A stretch of 64,000 nucleotides of DNA, from positions 6,880,001 through 6,944,000 of the forward strand of contig CBDBDQ010000005.1 in assembly GCA_965203905.1 (NCBI GenBank), read 5' to 3'. Every line of letters begins with the position of its first letter. Positions within the stretch are counted from its first letter, which is position 1. The notes beneath the pieces were generated by a model. It was not told where the DNA came from. It saw only the letters and a list, made by a program, of their open reading frames with translations, and searched no databases. A program made the translations under genes and the position numbers. Source of the DNA: Spirochaetia bacterium. GTDB taxonomy: Bacteria > Spirochaetota > Spirochaetia > SZUA-6 > Bin103. Positions 8,549 through 19,124 of this stretch are shown here, piece by piece.

Positions 8549-10960
8549 CTATTGCGCGACCTTGCTGCCGTCCACCTTGCGGCGTGGGTCCGCGGTCACC
8601 GCGACGTGCGCAAGTTCGGCATCGGTCGTGGGGTCGCCGGCGAGCGTGATGGTTCCGCCGTTGAGGGCCAGCGCGTCGGCCCGAATGCTAATCCCGTCCT
8701 CATCACGATCCGCCTTCTGCACCGTGTAGCTGAAGAACGCATGCCGGTCGGCCCAAGACCTGGAGTAGACCGCCTGTCGCGTCTGCGTCCCGATGGTCAG
8801 CGCCACCTGCGGACTGCCGGTCACCGTCATCGCTCGGTCGAACTCGACCAGCACCTCGATGGTCTCCCCGAGTTCGTAGGTGTCATCACGCGCTGAAGAG
8901 GAGACGAAGTAAATGCCCCTCACACCCGGTGGCGTGACCAGGCTGCCATCCACCTTGCTGCCGCGCTGGGCCGCTACCGCATCGTGCCTCAGATCTGCGG
9001 CGGTGGTGCCGTCGGCGGCCGTGATCGTGCCGCCATCGAGGGACAGCGCGTCGGCCGCGATGCTGATTCCGTCCTCATCGCGATCCCCCTCTTGCACGGT
9101 GTATTCGAAGTACAGAGTCTGATTGCCCCAGCCGCGGAGAGCCGCATACCGCGTCTCCGTCCCGATGTTCAGCGCTACCTGGGGCTCGCCGGTTGTCTCC
9201 ACCGCTCCGTCGAACTCGACGACCACCTCGACCGTCTCGCCCAGCGCGTAGGTGTCACCCCGCGCTGGCGTGGAGTCGAAGGAGAGCGCCTGTACCCGCG
9301 GTGGCGTGATAACGTCGCTGCCGTCCACCTTCCCGTTACGCACGGAGGCTACCGCCGCGTGTGTCAGGACAGCGTCGGTTGTGCCGTCGGTGGCCGTGAT
9401 GGTTCCGCCGTCGAGGAGCAACGCGTTGGCCGCGATGCTGATTCCGTCCTCATCGCGGTCATCCTCCTGCACCGCATAGCTGAAGTATGCATATCGATCG
9501 TCCCCCCACGACATGGAATAGGCCGCGAGCCGCGTCTGCGCCCCGACGGTCAGCGCCACCTGGGGGGTACCGGTCACCGTCACCGTCCGGTCGAACTCGA
9601 CCTCCACCTCAACCGTCTCGCCCAGTTGGTAGGTGTCACCCCGCGCTGGAGATGAGAGGAAGAAGATGCCCCTCACCCGGGGCGGCGCGACCAAGCCGCC
9701 GTCGACCCTGTCGCCGCCCTCGGAGGCTACCGCCTCATGCGTCAGATCTGCGTGCGTCGTGCCGTCCGCGGCCGTGATGGTTCCGCCGCTGAGGGCCAAC
9801 GCGTTGGCCGGGATGCTGATCCCATCCTCGTCCCGATCACCCTCCTGCACGGTGTACTGGAAGTACAAGGAGTCACTGCTCCATCCGGAAGACATCGCGT
9901 AACGCGTCTGTGTCCCGATGGTCAGCGCCACCTCGGCATCGCCGGTTGCCTTCACCGCTCCGTCGAACTCGACCAACACCTCAACCGTCTCTCCGAGCTC
10001 GTAGGTGCCACCGCGCAACGGTGACGAGACGAAGGAAATGTCCCTCACCCGGGGTGGCGCGACATCGCGGCCGCCGTCCACCTTCCAGTCCCGCTCCGCG
10101 GCTGCCGCCACGTGCGTCAGGTCCGCGTCGGTGGTGCCGTCGACGGCGGTGATGGTGCCGCCGTTGAGGGTCAGCGCGTTCGCCGGGATGCTGATCCCAT
10201 CCTCATCCCGGTCATCGGCCTGCACCACGTAGCTGAAGGACAAGTCTCGGCCGTCTCCCCACGGGGAGTAAGCCGCCTGCCGTGTCTGCGTCCCGATGAT
10301 CAGCGTCACCTGCGGACTGCCGGTCACCGTCACGGCTTTGTCGAACTGGACATCCACCCGAATGGTCTCCCCCAGTTCGTAGGTGTCGCCCCTCGCCGGG
10401 AAGGAAACGAAGTAGACTTGCCGCACCACCGGTGGCGTGATCACGCTGCCGTTCACCTTGCGGCCGCCCTCGGCAGCTACCGGCCCGTGCGTCAGATCTG
10501 CGTCGGTCGTACCGTCCCCGGCGGTGATGGTGCCGCCGTTGAGGGTCAGCGCGTTGGCCGGGATGCTGATCCCGTCCGCGTCACGGTCCCCCGCCTGCAC
10601 GGTGTAGTCGAAGTACAGGGTCTGGCTGCCCCATCCAGAGAATGTCGCGTGCCGCGTCTCGTTCCCGATGGCCAGCGCCACCTCGGGATTGCCGGTCGCC
10701 TCCACGGCGCGGTCGAACTCCACTTCCACCTCGACCGTCTCGCCCAGTTCGTAGGTGTCGCCCCGCGCTGGGGAGTAGGCGAAGCGGACAGCACTCACCC
10801 GCGGTGGCGTAACATCGCTGCCGTTCACCTTGCTGAAGCCGGCGGCGGCCACCGCCTCGTGCGTCAAGACAGCGTCGGTCCTGCCATCGGAGGCCGTGAT
10901 GGTTCCGCCGTCGAGGCTCAGCGCGTTGGCCGGGATGCTGATCCCATCCTCGTCACGGTC
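8549..10960 (-). pseudogene. 3' half of IS-interrupted Ig-like repeat surface protein (end of repeat 5, repeats 6-11)
   Basis: ~125-aa repeats PPxV..SSPARGDTYELGETVEV.VEFD..V..TG.P.VALTIG...YTVQ.GDRDEDGISI.ANAL.L.GGTI...DG.TDA.L.H. Confidence 0.9.
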
Positions 10961-11026
10961 GTAAACATTCGGTCTACCGGTGTGGGACCGCTGGACACAT
11001 CCGGACCGGTGTGCTACGAATGAGGT

Positions 11027-12652
11027 GTGGGAGGGTTCTGGCGGAAAACGAGTGGCTGCACGGCGGCGTGCCAGAGCCAGATGGACGAGTTGCGGTGCGA
11101 GGTAGTAGAGCTGCGACGACAGGCGCGCTATTACCGCAGGATGCACGGCAAGGCGGTAGCGCGCGAGCAACGGCTGAAACAGAAACTGCAAGCGGCACGG
11201 GCCAAGCTCAAGGAACTGCGCCAGCGCCTGCGGGAACGCTGGGCACGGCGCCGCGGCAGCGAGAAGCGAACCAGGAGTGGCGGCGCTCCTGAGGCAACCG
11301 CCGCGCCACCGCGGCGCCGCGGTCAGCAACCCGGGGCGCCAAGCCATGGTCGGCGCCGGCACGCACACCTGCCGGTACAGGTTGAAGCACACGACGTTGC
11401 CCCGGACCGGCGCCGCTGCGCGGCCTGCGGCGCTGAGTATCATTCGCACGGCAGCGAGGATTCCGAGCAGTTGGAAGTCGAGGTGCGCGCCTACCGGCGG
11501 GTGATCAAGCGGCGGCGCTACCGCCGCAGCTGCCAGTGCACGGCGGCCGCGGCGGTGCTCACGGCGCCAGCGCCGCCACGGCTGATCCCGAACGGCATCC
11601 TGGGGATCTCGATCTGGGTGACGGTGCTGCTCGACAAGTATCTGCTGTACCGGCCCACGCATCGGTTGCTCGCGGATCTACGCACGCATGGGCTGGATCT
11701 TGCCCAAGGCACCGTCACCGACGGTCTGCGGCGTCTGGCGCCGTTGTTCGCGCCACTGCGCGAGGCGCTGATCGAACGCAGCCGCACGAGCGAGCACTGG
11801 CATGCTGACGAGACCAGCTGGCAGGTGTTCGAGGCGGCCAGCGAGGACACCTGCCAGCGCTGGTGTCTGTGGCTGTTCTGGAGTGCCGAGGTGGTGGTAT
11901 TCACGCTCGATCCAACCCGTTCGGCGCGGGTGCCGAAGCAGCATTTTGCGACCGTGACGGGGGGCGTGGTGAGCGTCGACCGCTTCTCCTCGTACAAGCG
12001 GCTGGCCAAGGATACCGAGCTGGAGTTGTCGTTCTGCTGGGTGCACATGCGCCGCGACTTCATCACGGTAGCCCATGAGCGGGACGATCAGCAGGAGTGG
12101 GCCGAGCAGTGGCTGGCTGACATCGCTACGCTGTATCGCCTGAACGACGAGCGTCTTGAGGTGCGTGGTGAGCCCGCGCAGTACGCGGCGGCCGATGCGG
12201 CGTTGCGGGCGGTGGTGCAGGCGATGGAAGAGCGACGAGAGCGCGAACTGGCGCAGCAGCCGAAGCTGGCGGCAGCGTGTGCGAAGGTGCTGCGCAGCAT
12301 GCGCAACCACTGGCAGGGGCTGACGCGGTTCGTCGAGGATCCCGACTTGCCGCTGGACAATAATCAAGCCGAGCGTGCGCTGCGCGGCCCGGTGGTGGGG
12401 CGCAAGAACTACTACGGCTCGGGGGCGCAGTGGAGCGGTGAGTTGAGCGCGGCGCTGTTCAGCCTGTTCCACACCCTCGAACGATGGCAGATCAACCCGC
12501 GTACTTGGCTGACCGAGTACCTGAGCGCCTGTGCGGTCGCCGGCGCTCGCGTGCCTGAAGACTACGAGCGGTTCCTGCCCTGGCACCGTCCCGAGGCGCG
12601 CTTGCTGCCCCGCGGCTCACCCGCCAAGCTGGTCGACGACCGTGCCGCCTGA
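11027..12652 (+). CDS. tnpC: IS66 family DDE transposase
   Basis: N-terminal coiled coil, CAACG...CQC zinc finger, HADET, CWVHMRRDF, LDNNQAERALR. Confidence 0.93.
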   Translation: MGGFWRKTSGCTAACQSQMDELRCEVVELRRQARYYRRMHGKAVAREQRLKQKLQAARAKLKELRQRLRERWARRRGSEKRTRSGGAPEATAAPPRRRGQQPGAPSHGRRRHAHLPVQVEAHDVAPDRRRCAACGAEYHSHGSEDSEQLEVEVRAYRRVIKRRRYRRSCQCTAAAAVLTAPAPPRLIPNGILGISIWVTVLLDKYLLYRPTHRLLADLRTHGLDLAQGTVTDGLRRLAPLFAPLREALIERSRTSEHWHADETSWQVFEAASEDTCQRWCLWLFWSAEVVVFTLDPTRSARVPKQHFATVTGGVVSVDRFSSYKRLAKDTELELSFCWVHMRRDFITVAHERDDQQEWAEQWLADIATLYRLNDERLEVRGEPAQYAAADAALRAVVQAMEERRERELAQQPKLAAACAKVLRSMRNHWQGLTRFVEDPDLPLDNNQAERALRGPVVGRKNYYGSGAQWSGELSAALFSLFHTLERWQINPRTWLTEYLSACAVAGARVPEDYERFLPWHRPEARLLPRGSPAKLVDDRAA

Positions 12653-13538
12653 GGCGGTGCGCTACTGCGGCCGGCCCTTCAGCGAGCAGGAGCTGCAGTT
12701 GATCCGCGCGCTCATCGCTGAGGACCCTACCCGCCATCGGTTCGCCCTCTCGAAGGTGGTGTGCGAACGGCTGCACTGGCGGCGTGCCAACGGACAACTG
12801 AAGGACATGAGCTGTCGCGTCGCGATGCTGCGCATGCACCGCGACGGGCTCATCCGGCTGCCGGCGCCGCGGCGGCGTCACTACAACGGCACGCTGCGCC
12901 GCCGTCGTACCGCGCAGGCGGAACCGGAGCTGCCGATCAGCGCCCGCGTCGATGAGCTGCCCGCGCTGCAGGTACGACCGCTGGCCGATCAGCGCGAAGC
13001 GCTCCTATGGCGCGAGTACGTGGACCGCTACCACTACCTTGGCTATACGCCGCTACCGGGTGCGCAGCAGCGCTACTTGGTCACCTGCCAGCGGCAGGTG
13101 CTGGCGGTGGTCGGCTTTGGCGCCAGCGCCTGGAAGGCGGCTCCTCGCGACCGCTTCATCGGCTGGAGCGTTGCCCAGCGCGAAGCGCGGCTGCACCTGG
13201 TGGTGAACAACGCCCGCTTCTTGATCCTGCCTTGGGTGCAGGTGTGCAATCTCGCTTCCACCGTGCTGGCGCGCATCAGCCGCCGGCTGCCCGCCGACTG
13301 GCAGGCGCGTTATGGGTACCGACCGCTGCTGCTGGAGACCTTCGTGCAGTCCGACCGCTTCGCCGGTACCAGCTACCGCGCCGCCAACTGGACCCACGTC
13401 GGACAAACCCAAGGACGCGGCAAACTCGACGTACGTCGAATGCACACGCTGCCCACCAAAGACATCTGGCTCTACCCGCTCAGGCGCGACTTCCGCCGTC
13501 GACTGTGCGCTCCTCTTGATCCGCCCCCCAACCTGTAG
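12642..13538 (+). CDS. DUF4338 domain protein (Druantia DruA-like; possible Mom/GNAT-like fold)
   Basis: RYCGRPF, LSKVVCERLHW, DRYHYLGY, RDRFIGW, VVNNARFLILPW, LLETFV, GTSYRAANW, GQTQGRG; start overlaps tnpC stop, start codon approximate. Confidence 0.88.
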   Translation: MPPEAVRYCGRPFSEQELQLIRALIAEDPTRHRFALSKVVCERLHWRRANGQLKDMSCRVAMLRMHRDGLIRLPAPRRRHYNGTLRRRRTAQAEPELPISARVDELPALQVRPLADQREALLWREYVDRYHYLGYTPLPGAQQRYLVTCQRQVLAVVGFGASAWKAAPRDRFIGWSVAQREARLHLVVNNARFLILPWVQVCNLASTVLARISRRLPADWQARYGYRPLLLETFVQSDRFAGTSYRAANWTHVGQTQGRGKLDVRRMHTLPTKDIWLYPLRRDFRRRLCAPLDPPPNL

Positions 13539-13547
13539 ACCGAATAC

Positions 13548-15407
13548 TTACTCACGGTCCCCCGTCTGCACGGTGTAGTCGAAGTACAGAGTATGGCTGC
13601 TCCATCCTGAAAGTGCCGCGTGGCGCGTCCGCGTCCCGATGGTCAGCGTCAACCGGGGCTCCCCGGTTGCCTGCACCGTGGCGTCGAACTCGACGACCAC
13701 CTCGATTGTCTCACCCAGTTCGTAGGTATCACCGCGCGCCGGGGAGGAAATGAAGGAGATGCCCCTTACTCGCGGCGGCGTGACATCGCGGGTGCCGTCC
13801 ACCTTGACGGCATGCTCCGGTGCTACCTCCCCGTGCGTCAGTTCGGCGTCGGTGGTACCGTCCCCGGCCTTGATGGTGCCGCCGTTGAGGGACAGCGCGT
13901 TGGCCGGGATACTGATCCCGTCCTCGTCACGGTCACCCTCCTGCACCGTGTAGCTGAAGGGCACGTGCCGGTCGTCCCCCCACGACCTGAAGTAGGCCGC
14001 GTACCGCGTCTCGGCCCCGATGGTCAGCGCCACCTGGGGACTGCCGGTCACGGTAACCGTCTTGTCGAACTCGACGACCACTTGAACGGTTTCCCCAAGC
14101 TCGTAGATGTCGTCCCCAGCCAGCGGGGAACCGAAGTAGACACGTTTCACCGCCGGCGGCGAGTCCAGGCTGCCGTCCACTTTCCGGCCGCGGTCAGGAG
14201 CTACCGCCGCGTGCGCCAGGTCGGCATCGGTGGTGCCGTCGAGTCCCTTGATGGTTCCGCCGTCAAGGGCCAGAGCGTCGGCCGGGATGCTGACCCCGTC
14301 CTGGTCCCGGTCCGCCTCCCGCACGGTGTAAGCGAAGAACAGAGCGCGAGAACTGCCCCATCCCGAAGCGGTTGCCTGGCGCGTCTCCGTTCCGATGGTC
14401 AGCGCCAACCGTGCCTTGCCGTTTGCCGCCACTGTTCTGTCGAACCGGACCAGCACCTCGATCGTCTCTCCACGTTCGTAGGTGTCGCCCTTCGCCGTGG
14501 AGTTTACAAACGAGATGTTCTTCACCGCCGGCCGCGAGACCAGGCTGCCGTCCACCTTGTGGCCGCCCTCGGCGGCTACCGCCGGGTGAGTCAGATCGGC
14601 GTCGGTGGCACCGTCCGGTCCCTTTATGGCTCCACCGTTGAGGACCAGCGCGTTCGCAACAGTGCTGATTCCATCCTCGTCACGGTCCGCCCCCTGCACG
14701 GTGTATTGGAAGGACAGAGAGGGGTGGCTGCCCCAACCCCAGGAGGCCGCCTGCCGCGTCTCCTTCCCAATGGTCAGCGCCAACTGCGGACGGCCAGTCG
14801 GCGTCACTACTCTGTCGAACTCGACTACCACCTCAACCGACTCGCCGAGTTCGTAGGTATCTCCCTTCGCGGGGGAGGAGGTGATGGAGAGCCGCTTCAC
14901 CGCCGGTGCCGAGATCAGGCTGCCGTCTACCTTGTAGCCGGGCGCGGCCGCTACGGCCCCGTGTGTCAGATCCGCCTCGACCGTGTCGTCGGCGGCCTTG
15001 ATGGTTCCGCCGTTGAGGGTCAACGAATTGGCCGCGATGCCGATCCCGTCTTCATCACGGTCCGTCTCCTGCACGGTGTAGTCGAAGTACAGTGACGGGC
15101 CGTCCCGCGAAGCAAACCTCGCGTGCCGGGGCTGCGTCCCGATGGTAAGCGCCACCTGGGGACGGCCGGTTGCCTTCACCGCCCGGTCGAACCGTACCTC
15201 CACCTGAACTCTCTCACCGCGTTCGTAGGTGTCACCCCGGGCCGGCGAATCGTGGAACGTGATGGCAGAGACCGCGGGCACGGCGCTCTGGGCGTGAGCG
15301 ACGGTTGCTGCCGCCGCGAACACGAGCACGCAGCAGAAGCCGATCAGCCCTCGAACCGTCGTCCTGTCGGCGCACAGCGGCGCCCATCGGGTAAGGCAAG
15401 GAGTCAT
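13548..15407 (-). pseudogene. 5' half of IS-interrupted Ig-like repeat surface protein (signal peptide, repeats 1-4, part of 5)
   Basis: Signal-like VRGLIGFCCVLVFAAAATVAHAQ; same repeat unit; frame ends at TAA inside the IS right end; start may be 15470 or further downstream. Confidence 0.9.
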
Positions 15408-15577
15408 GACAGACCACACTACCGCGATCCATTGCCAGTAGTCATGCTCGTAGGCGATACGATGGCGCACTCTTGCGGCTGACCGGCAGAAATCCTCTGG
15501 ACCGCCGACGTACCAGGCATGGCGAGGCCTGGCGTGGCGCCCTTCGCATTGACAACGCAGATTACGTATAGTTGAGC

Positions 15578-15898
15578 ATGCTGTTCATCGAGACCTCGGA
15601 GTTCACCAAACAGCTCCCGGCCCATCTCGATGACAACGGCTACGCGGCCCTGCAGACGTTCCTCAGCGCGCGCCCTGATGCCGGGGAAATCATTCGTGGT
15701 TCGGGCGGCATCAGGAAGATCCGCTGGGGGACAAAGGGCCGCGGTAAACGGGGTGGGAGCAGGATCATCTACTACTGGCTTGTCGCCGAAGACGAGATCT
15801 ACCTGCTCACCGTGTATCGCAAGGGAGTGAAAGACGACCTTTCGCCTGCGGAACGGGCCTTGTGGCGTAAGGTCGTGGAGGAAATAAAGCGTGGCTGA
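15578..15898 (+). CDS. higB: RelE/ParE-family (HigB-like) toxin
   Basis: FIETSEF, GEIIRGSGGIRKIRW, GKRGGSRIIYY, IYLLTVYRK. Confidence 0.9.
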   Translation: MLFIETSEFTKQLPAHLDDNGYAALQTFLSARPDAGEIIRGSGGIRKIRWGTKGRGKRGGSRIIYYWLVAEDEIYLLTVYRKGVKDDLSPAERALWRKVVEEIKRG

Positions 15899-16205
15899 AC
15901 GCGACATCGCCGCGGAGGTGCTTCAGGGACTCCGTGAAGTGCAGGAGTACCGGGCCGGAAAGCGAACGCTTCGGTCGACCCGGGTCGAGGCGAAGCCCCT
16001 GCCGGGACTCACCCCTGAACTCATCAAGATGATTCGCCAGGAGATCGACGTATCCAGAGCCGTGTTCGCCGGTCTGCTGCGCGTCCCGGTACGCACCGTG
16101 GAGAGCTGGGAGCAGGGGAGATCGAGCCCATCCCCGGCCGCCGCGGCGCTCATTCTGATGGCCCGGAAATACCCGGACACCTTCGATCGGCTGGCTTCAC
16201 TCTGA
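15891..16205 (+). CDS. higA: HTH antitoxin (HigA-like)
   Basis: Overlaps toxin stop; SRAVFAGLLRVPVRTVESWEQGRSSP helix-turn-helix. Confidence 0.88.
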   Translation: MAERDIAAEVLQGLREVQEYRAGKRTLRSTRVEAKPLPGLTPELIKMIRQEIDVSRAVFAGLLRVPVRTVESWEQGRSSPSPAAAALILMARKYPDTFDRLASL

Positions 16206-16274
16206 ACCACGGCGCGCTGTCGGCGCCCACAGACGCCCACCGCACCTCTGCCCACTGAGCGTATACTGCCCGAC

Positions 16275-17831
16275 ATGCAGTTCGAGGCGGCGCTGCCGGT
16301 ACCTCTGGACGACGACCTGTGGCTGTTCCGGGACACCTGCAACGTCTACGTGGTGCGCGACGGGCCGGCCGCGATCGCGGTCGACTTCGGCAGCGGGCGT
16401 TGGCTCGAGGCGCTGCCGGCGCTGGGCATCTCGCGCCTGGAGCACGTCTTCCTGACCCATCACCACGCCGACCAGTGCCACGGCCTGCAGGCACGTCCCA
16501 CCTGGCCGTTCAGCGTGCACGCGCCCCCCGGCGAGGAAGGGTTCCTGAGTCCGATGGGGGCCGGGGAGCAAACGGCGCCCGGATTCAAGTTCGGCAAGGG
16601 CTGTCCGCCGAGTTACGACGTGCTGCCCGGCGGCGTCGCCGGGGTCGATTACGCCGCCATGGGGAGTTACCAGCAGATGTTCTGGGGCCGCCGGCGGCTG
16701 CGCTTTCTGCTCACGCCGGGCCACGGCCCGCACGCCAGCTCGGTGCTGCTCGACCACGGCGGCAGGCAGGTGGTGTTCTGCGGCGACGCGGTGCACGCGG
16801 GCGGCACGCTGTGGCAGCCGTATCACCTGGAGTGGGACCACTGGCTCGGCACGGGGGCATTGGCCGCCTGGGAGGGTATCGGCCGCCTGCGGGCGCTGCC
16901 GATCGGCCTCCTCTGTCCTGCGCACGGCCCGGTGATCGGCCAGGAGATCGCCGCCACCCTGGATACGCTGGCCGGGCGCCTGATGGCGTTCTACGAAGCC
17001 AAGGGCAACCCGTCGCCCGGAGAGCCGGACCTGTTCCTGGAGCCGAAGCACCGTGCCAGCGGCGCACGGCAGGTGCTGGACGGCCTCTACCAGTTCGGCC
17101 TGAACGGCTACCTGCTGGTGGCGGCCAACGGCGAGGCGCTGGTGATCGACCCGACGCTGCGCGACATCCCGGAGCTGGAGCGCCTCACCGCCGAGCTGGC
17201 CGCTTCCGAGGGACGAGCCGTTGCGCTCACCGCGGCAGTCGCCACCCACTACCACAGCGACCACACCGACGCGCTGCCCCTGCTGCGGGAGCGCTACGGC
17301 ACGACCGTATGGCTGCACCCGGAGGTCGCTGCGCCGTTGCGCGACGTGGAGCGGCTGGACGCGCCCTGGCTTCCCGCCGCCTCCATCGAGCCGGACCGTC
17401 TGCTCCCCGCCGACGGTGACTGGGAGTGGAACGGGTACCGCTTCCGCGTCGCGCACTGGCCCAGCCAGACCTGGTGGCACTGCCTGCTGATGACCACCGT
17501 GGCCGGCCGCCGCGTCGCCTTCAGCGGCGACTTCTTCAATCCCACCTCGCGCTACAACGGCACCGGCGGGTTCTGCGCCCACAACCGCTGCCGCTTCCGC
17601 GAGGGTTACCTCACCAGCGCGCAGACGCTGATCGACTGGGCTCCGGAAGTGATCGCCGCCGGCCACGGCCAGTACTTCGCCTACCGCGAGAGCAAGCTGC
17701 GCAAGATCATCGCCTGGGCGCGGCGCGCGGAGGACGCGGTGACCGCCCTCTGCCCCTCGGGCGAGCTGCGGGACTACTACCGCTGGAGCACCGCCGTCTC
17801 CGCGCACCGATCACGAGCCCGTCAGCGTTGA
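16275..17831 (+). CDS. MBL-fold metallo-hydrolase with two tandem MBL domains
   Basis: THHHADQ and THYHSDH motifs, TPGH, CGD, PAHG. Confidence 0.88.
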   Translation: MQFEAALPVPLDDDLWLFRDTCNVYVVRDGPAAIAVDFGSGRWLEALPALGISRLEHVFLTHHHADQCHGLQARPTWPFSVHAPPGEEGFLSPMGAGEQTAPGFKFGKGCPPSYDVLPGGVAGVDYAAMGSYQQMFWGRRRLRFLLTPGHGPHASSVLLDHGGRQVVFCGDAVHAGGTLWQPYHLEWDHWLGTGALAAWEGIGRLRALPIGLLCPAHGPVIGQEIAATLDTLAGRLMAFYEAKGNPSPGEPDLFLEPKHRASGARQVLDGLYQFGLNGYLLVAANGEALVIDPTLRDIPELERLTAELAASEGRAVALTAAVATHYHSDHTDALPLLRERYGTTVWLHPEVAAPLRDVERLDAPWLPAASIEPDRLLPADGDWEWNGYRFRVAHWPSQTWWHCLLMTTVAGRRVAFSGDFFNPTSRYNGTGGFCAHNRCRFREGYLTSAQTLIDWAPEVIAAGHGQYFAYRESKLRKIIAWARRAEDAVTALCPSGELRDYYRWSTAVSAHRSRARQR

Positions 17832-17862
17832 CGCGCGCTCCACATCGGGCCAGCATGGAAGC

Positions 17863-18067
17863 ATGGAGGCCTCGATTGATACTCCAGAGTCGATGCTGAA
17901 AGAAGCATTGGAGATCACGGGAGCCAGGACGAAGCGGGAGGCTGTCGTTACTGCGGTTGCAGACTTCAACCGTCGCGCCCGGGATGGCGGCTCTGGTGCG
18001 CCATCTCGGTACCTGTGACAACCTCATCTCTGCGGCGGAGCTTGATGAGCTGCGCGGGACGCCGTGA
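17863..18067 (+). pseudogene. VapB-type antitoxin, one frameshift, followed by VapC stump
   Basis: MEASIDTPESMLKEALEITGARTKREAVVTAVADFNRRAR, extra G near 17981, MAALVRHLGTCDNLISAAELDELRGTP*; overlapping GTG ACG CTG GTC GA (MTLV-D/E). Confidence 0.7.
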
Positions 18068-18118
18068 CGCTGGTCGAGCTTGCGCCGGAGCCAGCCTGAC
18101 CTGACGGGCGGCCAGCTC

Positions 18119-18688
18119 ATGACGCCGCAGGATCGGAAGCGGTTCCCGGCCTTCCAGGCGGTGCTTGCAAACGGTGTCCGGGCGCTGATCCGGCCGCTGC
18201 ATACCGGTGACGCCCAGATTCTGGGCGACTTCTACCTTTCGGTGCCAGCGCAGGATTACCGCTTCTACCGCAACCGACCGCTGACCCGCGAGCAGGCCGC
18301 AACCATGGCCGCCAGCGCCGACCATCCGCATCGCGTGGTGCTGGTGCTCGTGCCCACGCCCCGCCGCGGGAGCCGGCAGACTGACGACTCGATCGGCGGC
18401 TACGCCTGGTACCGGTGGGAGGATGGCACCGAGCCCAGTGTCCTCGGCATCTGCATCGGGCCCAGGTTCCAGAACCTCGGTGCCGGCACCGCGCTCATGA
18501 AGCGCCTGTTGGAGATCGCCCGCACGGTAGGCCCCCCGGTGATCAGCCTCACGGTGCAGAAGGCGAATCCGCGCGCGGTGTGGCTGTACCGGAAGATGGG
18601 ATTCCGCATCGTCCGCGAGCAGACGCGCCCGGCCAGCCACTGGTTCCCCGCCGAACCGGAGTACTACATGGAACGCCCCTTGCGGTAG
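18119..18688 (+). CDS. GNAT family N-acetyltransferase
   Basis: FQNLGAGTALM, NPRAVWLYRKMGF. Confidence 0.88.
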   Translation: MTPQDRKRFPAFQAVLANGVRALIRPLHTGDAQILGDFYLSVPAQDYRFYRNRPLTREQAATMAASADHPHRVVLVLVPTPRRGSRQTDDSIGGYAWYRWEDGTEPSVLGICIGPRFQNLGAGTALMKRLLEIARTVGPPVISLTVQKANPRAVWLYRKMGFRIVREQTRPASHWFPAEPEYYMERPLR

Positions 18689-18786
18689 CCTCGCGCCGGT
18701 GTTTCTCCCGTGGCTTGTGCGCTTCGTCACTCATACGCTACAAGTGTCAGAATTATCGTCCGCCACCTGTTGAGAGGACTCGAGCA

Positions 18787-19092
18787 GTGAGTGTACGCAG
18801 CATACGGATTACCGAGGACATCGAGGCAGCTATCCGGTATGTGGCCGAGAGGGAACACGCCGAGCAAGCTCAGTCACTGCGCAAGCTGGCCCGGCTGGGC
18901 TTTGAAGCCTACGTCGCCGGGCAGTACCGGGCAGGGGAAGTGAGCCTGCGGGAAGCCGCTGACCTCCTCGGCGTGACCTTGTGGGACGCCCTCGACCGGA
19001 TTGCCGCGTTGGGTGCGGCCGGCAACGCGACCGCCGAGGCGGTGTTGGCCGGGGTGGATACCTTGGAGGCAACGAGAAACTCGCGAAAGTGA
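18787..19092 (+). CDS. UPF0175-family putative antitoxin
   Basis: GAGAGG RBS, VSVRSIRI..., YRAGEVSLREAADLLGVTLWD. Confidence 0.7.
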   Translation: MSVRSIRITEDIEAAIRYVAEREHAEQAQSLRKLARLGFEAYVAGQYRAGEVSLREAADLLGVTLWDALDRIAALGAAGNATAEAVLAGVDTLEATRNSRK

Positions 19093-19124
19093 GACGTTGA
19101 CACTTCCTTCGGCCAGAGATCGCC

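Larger units (their letters stand above)
10961..13551 (+). mobile_element. IS66-family insertion sequence, 2,591 bp, two ORFs (TnpC + DUF4338)
   Basis: IRL GTAAACATTCGGTCTACCGGT, IRR (reverse complement) GTAAGTATTCGGTCTACAGGT (18/21 match); TCACGGTC duplicated at 10953-10960 and 13552-13559. Confidence 0.95.

Noticed and set aside
8549-11662. 1037-aa ORF as a real gene
   Set aside because: Its first ~230 codons are antisense to the IS66 transposase; it is the 3' half of the interrupted gene read out of the IS
12642-13538. Complete Druantia defence system
   Set aside because: No DruE-like helicase or other dru genes; the ORF lies within IS ends
8549-15407. CRISPR array or DGR suggested by the periodic repeats
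   Set aside because: Units are ~375-bp in-frame coding repeats; no cas or reverse transcriptase gene in the window
15549-15572. TTGACA...TATAGT as a canonical sigma70 promoter
   Set aside because: Spacer is only 12 bp; only the -10-like box was kept
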